Shown: one piece after another, positions 1-8,660 of the stretch
Layout: the number at the start of each line of letters is the position of its first letter
How positions within the stretch are numbered: position 1 is the stretch's first letter
Translations under genes and position numbers: made by a program
NCBI GenBank assembly: GCA_016217865.1
Contig: JACRFO010000024.1
Location: forward strand, 1 to 29,877
Length of the DNA: 29,877 nt
Direction of reading: 5' to 3'
DNA from: Candidatus Kerfeldbacteria bacterium
Lineage (GTDB): Bacteria > Patescibacteriota > Patescibacteriia > SBBC01 > CAIJZX01
Notes under the pieces: model-generated
The model's database searches: none
Told to the model about the DNA's origin: nothing
Seen by the model: only the letters and a program-made list of their open reading frames with translations

Positions 1-513
1 CGCTACCTTTCTTTTTCGACCTGTTTCCGGCGTGAAGCTGGCAGCTACGGGCGCGATACAAAAGGTATTCTCCGCGTCCACCAGTTCGATAAACTGGAAA
101 TGTTCTCGATTACAACAGACGATGCTTCTGATGCCGAACATGACTTCCTGTTGCACCTCGAGGAGAAGCTGTGGCACGGCTTGAATATCCCGTATCGCGT
201 CTTGAACCTCTGCGCTGGCGATCTTGGTTGGCCCAGCGCTCGAACCTATGACATTGAAGCCTGGCTACCTGGACAAGGGGAGTATCGCGAAGTCTCTTCA
301 ACTTCAACCACCACAGATTACCAAGCCAAGAACCTCGGCATTAAAGTTCGTCGTGAGAACGGACGTGAGTACGTTCACATGCTCAACGGTACCGCTTTTG
401 CGATTGGGCGTACGCTTATCGCAATTATCGAAAACTACCAACGCCCTGACGGTCGCATCAACGTCCCGAAAGCCTTGCAGCCGTTCATGGGAAAGCTGAA
501 GGTGATTGGGTGA
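1..513 (+). CDS. serS: Seryl-tRNA synthetase, C-terminal part (5' end outside window)
   Basis: Frame 1 is open from base 1: RYLSFSTCFRREAGSYGRDTKGILRVHQFDKLEMF (class II motif 2), TYDIEAW, EVSSTS, HMLNGTAFAIGR (motif 3), ENYQ. Confidence 0.97.
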   Translation, partial: RYLSFSTCFRREAGSYGRDTKGILRVHQFDKLEMFSITTDDASDAEHDFLLHLEEKLWHGLNIPYRVLNLCAGDLGWPSARTYDIEAWLPGQGEYREVSSTSTTTDYQAKNLGIKVRRENGREYVHMLNGTAFAIGRTLIAIIENYQRPDGRINVPKALQPFMGKLKVIG

Positions 514-1646
514 GTGCCGTGCCGTCCCGTTTCCAACGTACGTGGATTGAACTGTCACGGTCGGCCCTCCGTCACAACATGGCGCAGTTGCAACAACTCG
601 TCGGCTCGCAGGTCCAGCTCATGCCGATTGTTAAGGCTAATGCCTATGGCCATGGAGTGCGACAAACGGTCGACGCTCTCGGTGACTTACGCCGTTGGGG
701 ATTTGGTGTCGCAACGGGAGCGGAAGGCCTGCAGCTCCGGACATTACAACCGCATGGACGCATTCTTGTTCTGAGTTCATGGCAACCAGCCCAGCTCCGC
801 CAGCTTGTCAAAGCTCAACTTGAGCTCGCCGTCTGGGACGAGGTCTCGTTAGCAGCGATTCAGTCTCTACCACAGTCACTCCGACGCCAAGCTCGCGTCC
901 ACCTCAAGCTGGATACTGGTACCACACGGATTGGATTTCAACGGTCTGACCTCCCGGTACTCTATCGTCGTCTCGCTCGGCAAGTCATCCACGTTGTCGG
1001 CATCTTCTCTCATTTTGCAAATGCCGAAGAGGCCGGTCAGACAAGAACCAAACAACAGTTACATAATTTTACGACACTTCTTGATGCTCTACACATACCG
1101 CTGCAGGAGATAGACACCCATATGGCCTGTACCGCTGCGGCTATGGCCTATCCTGGGGCTAGATTTGGCCTTATACGGCCAGGAATGGGCTTGTATGGCC
1201 TCTGGCCTTCCCCACAAATCCAGGCTCGTTTACGGGCTACCCATCCGACGTTTCAATTGCAACCAGTGCTGTCCTGGAAAAGCCGCCTGCTGCAAATCAA
1301 AACCGTTCCGGCTGGAACAGCTGTTGGCTACGGTTCGACCTGGCATGCGCCACGACGGATGTCCGTTGGCGTCGTCCCAGTCGGGTATGCTGACGGTTAT
1401 GATCGACATTGGTCGAACGCGGCCTGGGTCACGATCGCTGGGAAGCGCGCCCCAGTCATCGGCCGAGTGTGTATGAATATGTTCATGGTCGACCTGCGAC
1501 ACATTCGCCGGCCACGTCCCGGTCAGGAAGTGACGTTACTTGGTCCGGGTATCACGGCTGATACGTTGGCAGCTTTGCAGGGGACGATCAACTACGAGGT
1601 GACGACACGTCTGTCGCCGGACATTCAACGCATACTGACGAGGTAA
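510..1646 (+). CDS. alr: Alanine racemase
   Basis: PLP-lysine motif VKANAYGHG, HLKLDTG, RPG.GLYG, VGYG, GYADG, GRVCM, TINYE; GTGA overlap with the serS stop. Confidence 0.96.
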   Translation: MSAVPSRFQRTWIELSRSALRHNMAQLQQLVGSQVQLMPIVKANAYGHGVRQTVDALGDLRRWGFGVATGAEGLQLRTLQPHGRILVLSSWQPAQLRQLVKAQLELAVWDEVSLAAIQSLPQSLRRQARVHLKLDTGTTRIGFQRSDLPVLYRRLARQVIHVVGIFSHFANAEEAGQTRTKQQLHNFTTLLDALHIPLQEIDTHMACTAAAMAYPGARFGLIRPGMGLYGLWPSPQIQARLRATHPTFQLQPVLSWKSRLLQIKTVPAGTAVGYGSTWHAPRRMSVGVVPVGYADGYDRHWSNAAWVTIAGKRAPVIGRVCMNMFMVDLRHIRRPRPGQEVTLLGPGITADTLAALQGTINYEVTTRLSPDIQRILTR

Positions 1647-1651
1647 TATCT

Positions 1652-2680
1652 ATGGCTTGGTGGATGATAAACCGCCGAAAAGTCCCGCGACCTGAACTCA
1701 TCGGGCCGCATAAATCGTCGAACCCAATGTTCGCCGAAGGTTCGCCCGAACACCTCGCGCTGTTTCGCCAACGCGTATTATCGGCCCTGGCCTTAGTGTT
1801 CGTTGTTGGCGCGGCAGTGTGGTTAGTGTATGGACCATGGTTCAGGATTACTACCGTAGCGGTCACCGGCACACGAATCATTAACCCCACGAGTCTCCAG
1901 CGCGTAACAGAACGGTACGTTGATGGTCGGCGGTGGTATATTCTTCCCAATCGAACACTCTGGGTTCTATCAGCTGGCCATCTCACAAAAACTCTTGAGA
2001 AACAAATCCGCCAGCGCTTATCGATTGAATTGGTCACGGTGGTCAAGCAGCGGCCGCATACCCTCAAGATCGTCGTCGCCGAACGAACGCCGGTGGCGAC
2101 GTGGTACGATGGCCGACAGTATGCCACGGTGGACCGTCATGGCGTCATCATCGACCTCCAAGCGGCAGCGATCCAAAACCTCCCACTCATTACTGACGAG
2201 AATGAACAAGCGTTCGGTGTCGACTCTAGTGTCGTAAAACAAGAGGTCATATCAGCCATCCTAGGAATCGAGAGGGAACTCACCACAGCCAAGCTCAAGA
2301 TGGTCACATTCCTTATTCCGGTCCCAACCTGCCCAATCACGATCGAACAAATCGAACCGGAATCAACCAATGCAAATACAAACCAATCAAGCGTCAACAT
2401 CAACGCCACGGCGAATACCAACGCGACTGTGAGCCAGACTAACCGCAACAGCAATACTAATACCACCCGCGCTGTCCAGCGGCCCTGTGACCTCCAAGAG
2501 CTCAAGTACAGCAGCCAAGAGGTCCACGTCCAGCTCCAGGACGGTCCACGCGTGCTATTTGATCGTCACGGCGACGTTGCCCAAGCCGTTCAGTCACTCA
2601 CGAAGGTGCTGAAGCAACCGCAGGCGAGTCCGATCCATACTATTGATGTCCGTTTCGGAGAACGGGTGTACGTCCAATAA
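1652..2680 (+). CDS. ftsQ: FtsQ/DivIB-like cell division protein (single TM + POTRA + C-terminal domain)
   Basis: Basic N-terminus, TM (VLSALALVFVVGAAVWLVY), F.I..V.V.G POTRA start, P.TLKIVVAERTP, C-terminal TIDVRFGERVY. Confidence 0.8.
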   Translation: MAWWMINRRKVPRPELIGPHKSSNPMFAEGSPEHLALFRQRVLSALALVFVVGAAVWLVYGPWFRITTVAVTGTRIINPTSLQRVTERYVDGRRWYILPNRTLWVLSAGHLTKTLEKQIRQRLSIELVTVVKQRPHTLKIVVAERTPVATWYDGRQYATVDRHGVIIDLQAAAIQNLPLITDENEQAFGVDSSVVKQEVISAILGIERELTTAKLKMVTFLIPVPTCPITIEQIEPESTNANTNQSSVNINATANTNATVSQTNRNSNTNTTRAVQRPCDLQELKYSSQEVHVQLQDGPRVLFDRHGDVAQAVQSLTKVLKQPQASPIHTIDVRFGERVYVQ

Positions 2681-2765
2681 GCCTGTATTCAGTATCGGCT
2701 TCCTGTAGTGACGTAAAAGGTATATTAAACGACGCATATACCCAGAAAAGAAAGGCGCGACCGAC

Positions 2766-2795
2766 TACTCCCCTCTATCCGCCGGGGAGGTATTT
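2766..2795. terminator. Possible hairpin terminator between the convergent ftsQ and M23 genes
   Basis: TACTCCCC-10 nt loop-GGGGAG(G)TA followed by TTT; overlaps the M23 stop codon. Confidence 0.35.
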
Positions 2796-4076
2796 GAGTG
2801 GGTCATCTGGTAAGCCATTCAAACGCACTTCGAAGTGGAGGTGTGGACCGCTCGAGTACGGACCGGAACCGGCGGCACCCCACGCTCCCCCGGACAACCC
2901 AATCACATCCCCTTGCTGGACAACTTGGTCAGCGTGGACGTAAATCGCTGACATGTGGAGGTAGCGGGTAGACATGCCATTCAAACTCGGGTGGATGATA
3001 GCGATATAGTTCAAGGCGCTCACCTTGCGGCCGTTGATCGTCATGTAGTTGGGGCTGAAGGCAGCCGAAACGACACCGTCAGCGGTGGCCCGGACCGGTG
3101 AGCCGACCGGCGTGCCAACATCAAGTCCAGAGTGTTCACCGATGATGCGACGGTATGGGTACTCCGGGTCGTGGAAATATGCCGTAACTCGACGGGAACC
3201 AATTGGCCAGATGAGTCCAGTTGATGAAAAATCTTCCGCCGAGAGATCAGTTCCGTTAAGTTTCGCTTGGAGCTGCTTCTCGAGGAGGTTGATCGTGGCG
3301 TTTGCCTGCTGCTCTTCCTGGGCAGCTTGCTGGGCCAAAGTTTCGTACTCATCCGCCGACTTCTTCGCCCCATTCAACAGTTGATCCTTCAGATTTTTCT
3401 GATCAATTGTCGACTGTTTTTGCGTGACCAGTTGCGCTTGGGCCTGCTTCTGTTCGTCCCGTGTCTCTGATAATTGGTCTTGCTTGCTCTGCAGGTCTTC
3501 GCGCAGCCGCTTTAAACTGCCAATCGAATCGCCGAGTGACTGACTGATTGAGGCTGTGGCTTGGGCTTGGCTGTAGAAGTCAGCCAGTGAACTGTGGGTA
3601 AAGACAAGCGATAGTGTTGTCGTTCGCGTATTGGCGTCGAGCTGGCGGATCGCTTCGGCGAGTTTCCCCTTTTGGGAATCGATATCCGTTGTCTTTTGGT
3701 CAATACTCTGCTGGAATGCTCGCATCTGGAGATCAAGGCTGCCAATTTCTTCTTCCTTCGCTTGAATAGCAAAGTTCGTTTCGGCAATCTGATTGTCGAT
3801 CACCCGAATTTGGGCTTGGATATCCTGGACTTGTCCGGTCGCCGTTTCGGCGGCTTGCCGGAACTGTTCGGCTTGCTCCTGCAGCTCGCTGATATGCTTC
3901 TTCTTCTCTTCGATCTGCGCGTTGATTTCTGAAATGGGATCAGGAACTGCTGCAACCGAAGTCGAATCAGGTGGAGTCGTCGTTTGCCCAATGGCTGGTT
4001 GCTGGGCCACGCTAAACACGCCGATGAGCGCAGCGAGGGCCAAAACGAGGGCTGTACTGTTTGTCTTCGACACCAT
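2775..4076 (-). CDS. Secreted coiled-coil + M23 metallopeptidase (EnvC/CwlO-like murein hydrolase or activator)
   Basis: Signal peptide after ATG 4076 (GGAG upstream), long heptad coiled coil, M23 motifs HSGLD (HxxxD) and GPHLHFEVR (HxH). Start moved from 4178 because that overlaps gltX. Confidence 0.9.
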   Translation of the reverse strand: MVSKTNSTALVLALAALIGVFSVAQQPAIGQTTTPPDSTSVAAVPDPISEINAQIEEKKKHISELQEQAEQFRQAAETATGQVQDIQAQIRVIDNQIAETNFAIQAKEEEIGSLDLQMRAFQQSIDQKTTDIDSQKGKLAEAIRQLDANTRTTTLSLVFTHSSLADFYSQAQATASISQSLGDSIGSLKRLREDLQSKQDQLSETRDEQKQAQAQLVTQKQSTIDQKNLKDQLLNGAKKSADEYETLAQQAAQEEQQANATINLLEKQLQAKLNGTDLSAEDFSSTGLIWPIGSRRVTAYFHDPEYPYRRIIGEHSGLDVGTPVGSPVRATADGVVSAAFSPNYMTINGRKVSALNYIAIIHPSLNGMSTRYLHMSAIYVHADQVVQQGDVIGLSGGAWGAAGSGPYSSGPHLHFEVRLNGLPDDPLKYLPGG

Positions 4077-4089
4077 AGTGTGTGCTCCG

Positions 4090-4118
4090 AGAATAGCAAA
4101 AAACCGCTTGATTGTCAA
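4090..4118 (-). promoter_or_regulatory. Sigma70 promoter of the M23 gene
   Basis: TTGACA (4118-4113), 17 nt, then TG-C-TATTCT (-10 at 4095-4090). Confidence 0.8.
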
Positions 4119-4134
4119 CTGTAACTCGTAATCC

Positions 4135-5592
4135 TTACAGGAATGCGGCGATCCGTCGCTGGCTTTCCGCTGGCCCAAGCAACGCGATCAAATCGAAGAC
4201 ATCCGGACTAGCTGGCCGCAAACTCAAGGCCACGCGAAGCGGCCAAAGGACGTCACCGTTCTTCTTACCAGCGGCCGCGATCGCTACCAGCATGGCCGCC
4301 TTCAATCCAGCCGCCGTCCAAGTGCCGGACTGGGTCTGTAACCAGGTTGAAGCCCAGGTGAGGTCCTGTTGAACCTGATCAGTCTTCCCCTTCTTCGGCA
4401 CGAGCAGCGATCGTTCGAAGGTGGTGAGCTCCGAATCCCAGACCGACGGGAACACGAAGTTAATCAGCTGGTCAATATCCGACAATTTTACCAACCGATC
4501 CTGGACCAGCCGTAATGCGGCCGTCAGCCAGGTAGGACTGACTTGATCTGCAGGTTGGTGCCAGAATGGTTCCAAACGGACCTGAAGTTCGTCAGGCGTC
4601 AGTCGGCGGATATACAATCCATTCAACCAATCGAGCTTCGTTTGATCAAAGATAGCCCCGGAGGGATGGACGTCCTCAATGGCAAACTGGGCTAACACGT
4701 CATCCGTGGTCATCACTTCGGCTTCCCCTTTTGGATGCCAGCCCATCAGGACGAGGAAATTGCGCATCGCTTCCGGTAAGTACCCTTGGTCACGGAACAT
4801 CAGGGCCGAAGTCGTCCCGTGCCGCTTCGACATTTTTGACCGGTCCGTTCCGAGGATTAGTGGAAAGTGGGCGAAGGCCGGGACCTCCCAACCGAGCGCT
4901 TGATAAATGAAGAGGTGTTTCGGCGCTGACGGGAGCCACTCTTCGGCCCGGAAGACGTGGCTAATCTGCATCGCGTGATCATCAACCACAACCGCCAAGT
5001 GATACGTCGGATAGCCGTCGGACTTCATGATAACGCTGTCGTCAAGCAGGTCGTATTTGAATATTACATCCCCGCGAATGAGGTCGTGGAGCGTGACCGT
5101 CCCGGTCTCTGGTAGTCGTAAACGCACAGTCGCCGACTCCCCTGCTCCGCGGCGTCGATCAGCCTCTTCGCGAGTTAGTGTCGCACAATGTTTGTCATAC
5201 CGAGGCGGAAGTTTAGCCGCTGTTTGTGCTGCCCGAACTTGTTCTAAACGTTCAGGCGTACAGAAACAGTAGTAGGCGCGCCCACTACCGACCAACTGCG
5301 CCGCTGCATCCTGGTACAACTGTAGGCGTTCTCTCTGGATATATGGTCCAAACGATCCGCCTTCCTGCGGTCCCTCATCAGGCGAAAACCCTAACCAGTA
5401 CAAGGCTTCGTAGATACGGTCAGCGCTACCGGCGACAAATCGTTTCTGGTCGGTATCCTCAATCCGGAGAACGAACGTCCCGTGGTGCTGTTTCGCGTAC
5501 ACCCAATTGAACAGCGCGATCCACAACGTACCGATGTGGACTTCACCGGTTGGTGATGGGGCCAGTCGGACTCTAACGGGTGCGTTTGGCAT
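4135..5592 (-). CDS. gltX: Glutamate--tRNA ligase
   Basis: RLAPSPTGEVHIG (HIGH), LRIEDTD, YYCFC, PTYHLAVVVDD, KMSKR. Confidence 0.97.
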   Translation of the reverse strand: MPNAPVRVRLAPSPTGEVHIGTLWIALFNWVYAKQHHGTFVLRIEDTDQKRFVAGSADRIYEALYWLGFSPDEGPQEGGSFGPYIQRERLQLYQDAAAQLVGSGRAYYCFCTPERLEQVRAAQTAAKLPPRYDKHCATLTREEADRRRGAGESATVRLRLPETGTVTLHDLIRGDVIFKYDLLDDSVIMKSDGYPTYHLAVVVDDHAMQISHVFRAEEWLPSAPKHLFIYQALGWEVPAFAHFPLILGTDRSKMSKRHGTTSALMFRDQGYLPEAMRNFLVLMGWHPKGEAEVMTTDDVLAQFAIEDVHPSGAIFDQTKLDWLNGLYIRRLTPDELQVRLEPFWHQPADQVSPTWLTAALRLVQDRLVKLSDIDQLINFVFPSVWDSELTTFERSLLVPKKGKTDQVQQDLTWASTWLQTQSGTWTAAGLKAAMLVAIAAAGKKNGDVLWPLRVALSLRPASPDVFDLIALLGPAESQRRIAAFL

Positions 5593-6349
5593 AACGGTGT
5601 TTCATCAACTCAATCATGAATCGCCACGTTGCATTCCGAACTCGCTGACGTCGAAACTGCGGCTGGTAGTGCTGACCAGCGGTCAGGTACGTATACAACC
5701 ATTCAAAACCGACGCGTCGGATGAACTGCGGCGGTCGACGGACAGTACCAGCCAGGTAATCAAAGGTCCGCCCCACGCCCATGGCCAGCCGGACGTCATG
5801 CAATCCAGGGCGATGGCGGTCAATCCACAGTTCTTGTTTCGGTGCACCAAGGGCCACTAAGAGAATAGTCGGCTTGGCCTGATGGATCCGCTCGAGAACG
5901 CGCCGATCATGAACCTTCTGCCAAGGTCCACGGAATCCTGATTCGACTCCGACGACTTTCAGTCCAGGATTCGTGGCAACTAACGTCTGGGCCGCCCATT
6001 CGGCCACCCCTGGTCCACCACCGAACAAGAAGACTGACCAGCCCTGCTCGCCCGCCGAGCGCATTAAGTCGTTGACGAAGTCCACTCCGGGTATCCGTTG
6101 CTGAAGTTGATCACCTTGCAGACGAGCACCGACATGGAGACCCATGCCGTCAGCCAATGACAAGTCGGCGTCATTCAAAATTCGCCGGAAGGTCGGATGG
6201 GCCGTTGCTTCGAGGAGGAACTCTGGACCCGGGGTGACGACATGGTGGAAGCGTGGTTCGGTGATGAGCCGACTGGCCGCCTGCAGGGCTTCTTCCGTGG
6301 TCAGGTTATCGACCGTGACGCCCATGATGCTAATAGCCTTCCGTTGCAT
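5573..6349 (-). CDS. WecB/TagA/CpsF family glycosyltransferase (GT26)
   Basis: VVTPGPE, ADGMG, RIPGVDF, FLFGG, LVALGAPKQELWI, GVGRTFD, GFEWLY; ATG 6349 is supported by a promoter. Confidence 0.92.
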   Translation of the reverse strand: MQRKAISIMGVTVDNLTTEEALQAASRLITEPRFHHVVTPGPEFLLEATAHPTFRRILNDADLSLADGMGLHVGARLQGDQLQQRIPGVDFVNDLMRSAGEQGWSVFLFGGGPGVAEWAAQTLVATNPGLKVVGVESGFRGPWQKVHDRRVLERIHQAKPTILLVALGAPKQELWIDRHRPGLHDVRLAMGVGRTFDYLAGTVRRPPQFIRRVGFEWLYTYLTAGQHYQPQFRRQRVRNATWRFMIELMKHRYAKRTR

Positions 6350-6388
6350 AGGTTGAAGCCTACCAGAAAAAATGGTATAATTCAAGAC
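6350..6388. promoter_or_regulatory. Two overlapping divergent sigma70 promoters
   Basis: Plus strand: TTGAAG (6353-58), 17 nt, TG-G-TATAAT (6376-81). Minus strand: TTGAAT (6385-80), 17 nt, TG-G-TAGGCT (6362-57). Each -10 is 7 nt from an ATG. Confidence 0.75.
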
Positions 6389-7879
6389 ATGAAACGGGTA
6401 TTCTCAATTTTCGGTATCGCCTCACTCTTGTTGACCACGAGTCCGGTTTTGCTGCGCGCTCAAGTCGCCCCAGGCAGTACTTTTAATCCCAACCTGATCA
6501 TCACCGACGACCAACTCCTCGACACGTCCATGTCACGGAATCGGATTCAAGAATTTCTCAATAGCCACAACGGCGTGTTGAAAAACTACGTTTCCTCGGA
6601 CATCACCGGTACGTTGAAGCCGGCCGCACAATTGATCTACGAGGCCGCCCAAGCAGCCCAAATTAACCCGAAGTTCATCCTCGTCATTCTCCACAAAGAG
6701 CAGAGCCTCATCGATGACGCTGTACCCGCCCAAAGCCAGCTGGATTGGGCTACGGGATACGCATTTTGTGATAGCTGTAGCAGTGACACGCCCAGCATTC
6801 AACAGTATCGCGGTTTCGGTAAGCAAGTCTGGAACTCGGCCCAACTCATCCGTCGCTACCTGAATAACCTGCAAACGATTGGTGTCACGACGCGGGCGAT
6901 TGCTAACACCTGGGGACCTGGAAAGACCAATGGGGTGCTCTGTATCGATAGTGACTTCAATTCTGGGCGGAATATTTGTACCCCGGGTTCGACGATCCTG
7001 ATCACGCCGGCGAATTTCGTTACCTCGATTCTCTACACCTACACCCCGCACCCGGGCGGTAATTACTCCTTCTGGAAGATTTGGAACGGCTACAACTTCA
7101 CCCTCACTCGGTTCTATCCGAATGGCACAGTCCTGCGGACGAAGAGCAGTTCCTCGATCTACCTCATCAGTAACGGCCTCAAACGTCGGTTTGCGTCGAT
7201 GTCAGCGTTTTTATCGCGGTACAGCTTGAACCAAGTCATCACGGTGAGCGCCGACCAACTCGCCCAATATGACAACGGGCAAACCATATCGTTCGCGAAC
7301 TACTCACTAGTTTCCCCACAAACCGGCGGCGTCTACTTGCTCGTTGACGACGTGAAGCGACCGATCAAATCAAAGCAAGCTTTCCTTGCAGCCGGCTTCC
7401 AAAATGACGAAGTAATCAAAGTGAAGTGGTCGGATCTCCAGTCGTACATCGACGGTGAACCAATTACGCCGGATAACATCTACCCTTCTGGTATTCTCAT
7501 GCAGAATAAGAAAACCGGCGCCGTCTTCTTCGTCAAAGACAAGATCAAACACGGCATTATGAGTAGTGCGATTTACAAATCACGCTTCGGCATACAGAAA
7601 CCTATTCGCGTCCAACCGGCCACGCTCGCCACCTATACAGATGGAGCAATGATCGGATTCAAGGACGGCGATCTCGTCCAAAGCAAGTCAGGTGGGCCAC
7701 TCTACTTCATCTCGAACGGCAACCGGCTTCCGATCGCCAGCTGGGCCGCGGCTCAAGCTTACGGCTTTGATAAGATTATTAAAACTGTTATCAAGACCGA
7801 CGATAAGTCCTTGGCGCTGCACCCGCTCGGTCCGACGCTTGATGTCGGCGGGGCGATTCAAACCGCTAACGCCCGCTAA
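6389..7879 (+). CDS. Secreted protein with putative lysozyme-like N-terminal domain and four ~60-aa C-terminal repeats
   Basis: Signal peptide MKRVFSIFGIASLLL...AQ; INPKFILVILHKEQSL...ATGYAFCD...YRGFGKQV; repeats of the pattern (Y/F)xxGxL...VY(L/F)I.xGxK(R/H)...Y.DG..I. Start moved from 6197. Confidence 0.75.
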   Translation: MKRVFSIFGIASLLLTTSPVLLRAQVAPGSTFNPNLIITDDQLLDTSMSRNRIQEFLNSHNGVLKNYVSSDITGTLKPAAQLIYEAAQAAQINPKFILVILHKEQSLIDDAVPAQSQLDWATGYAFCDSCSSDTPSIQQYRGFGKQVWNSAQLIRRYLNNLQTIGVTTRAIANTWGPGKTNGVLCIDSDFNSGRNICTPGSTILITPANFVTSILYTYTPHPGGNYSFWKIWNGYNFTLTRFYPNGTVLRTKSSSSIYLISNGLKRRFASMSAFLSRYSLNQVITVSADQLAQYDNGQTISFANYSLVSPQTGGVYLLVDDVKRPIKSKQAFLAAGFQNDEVIKVKWSDLQSYIDGEPITPDNIYPSGILMQNKKTGAVFFVKDKIKHGIMSSAIYKSRFGIQKPIRVQPATLATYTDGAMIGFKDGDLVQSKSGGPLYFISNGNRLPIASWAAAQAYGFDKIIKTVIKTDDKSLALHPLGPTLDVGGAIQTANAR

Positions 7880-7883
7880 CAGT

Positions 7884-8660
7884 ATGCCGATCGTCGCCGC
7901 GGCGGTCGTTCCGCACTCCCCTCTCCTCATCCCGGCTATCGCCAAAGACCACGCGCCGCTCGCCGACCAAACGCGGCAAGCGATCAAAGATATTGGCGCG
8001 GAAATCTACGCCAGCGCGCCCGACGTCGTTGTTGTCTGTACGCCGCACGGTCCGGCGATTCGCGGCAGTTTTGTTATTCATACCGCTACGCATTTCCACG
8101 GTACCCTCAAAGACTTCGGTGACTTCCAAACCGCTGTCGACGTTGAATGTTCGACCGCCACCGCCCAAGAGATAAAACAGCGCGCGGAACATGACCGCGT
8201 TCCAGTCCGACTCCAAACCGATGAACAACTTGATTACGGCACATCAGTTCCCATGGTGTTCTGGCAACCGCACTTTTCTCATATTCCGCTTCTACCAATC
8301 ACCACGACTGACCACCCGCCGGAGGAACTTTCGCGAATCGCCCGGGTCATCCACGACGTCGCCACGGCAAGCAGCAAACGATTTGCGCTCGTCGCTTCGG
8401 CCGACTTGTTGCGCCGGACTGATCCGGGGTCAGCCGAATCCCGCCGCCCCCAACCACTCGAACGCAAAATATCGCAAGCCATAACCGCTGTTGACCCAAG
8501 TGGCATTCCAGAAGACCAACCGATTGATGTATGCGGCTTAGAGCCGATCACGCTCTTGCTCCACGTCTTGCACGGCCTGGCCGACCACGGGTCAATCACT
8601 TCGTTTGAGGCCCCATTTGGTGTCGGGCTCTTGACGGCAACATTTTCCCTGCGGCGATGA
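7884..8660 (+). CDS. MEMO1/AmmeMemoRadiSam protein B-like, class III extradiol dioxygenase (LigB) fold
   Basis: AAVVPHSPLLIP, TPHG, LDYGTSVP, VASADL, DVCG, FGVG. Start set at ATG 7884, just after the upstream stop. Confidence 0.75.
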   Translation: MPIVAAAVVPHSPLLIPAIAKDHAPLADQTRQAIKDIGAEIYASAPDVVVVCTPHGPAIRGSFVIHTATHFHGTLKDFGDFQTAVDVECSTATAQEIKQRAEHDRVPVRLQTDEQLDYGTSVPMVFWQPHFSHIPLLPITTTDHPPEELSRIARVIHDVATASSKRFALVASADLLRRTDPGSAESRRPQPLERKISQAITAVDPSGIPEDQPIDVCGLEPITLLLHVLHGLADHGSITSFEAPFGVGLLTATFSLRR

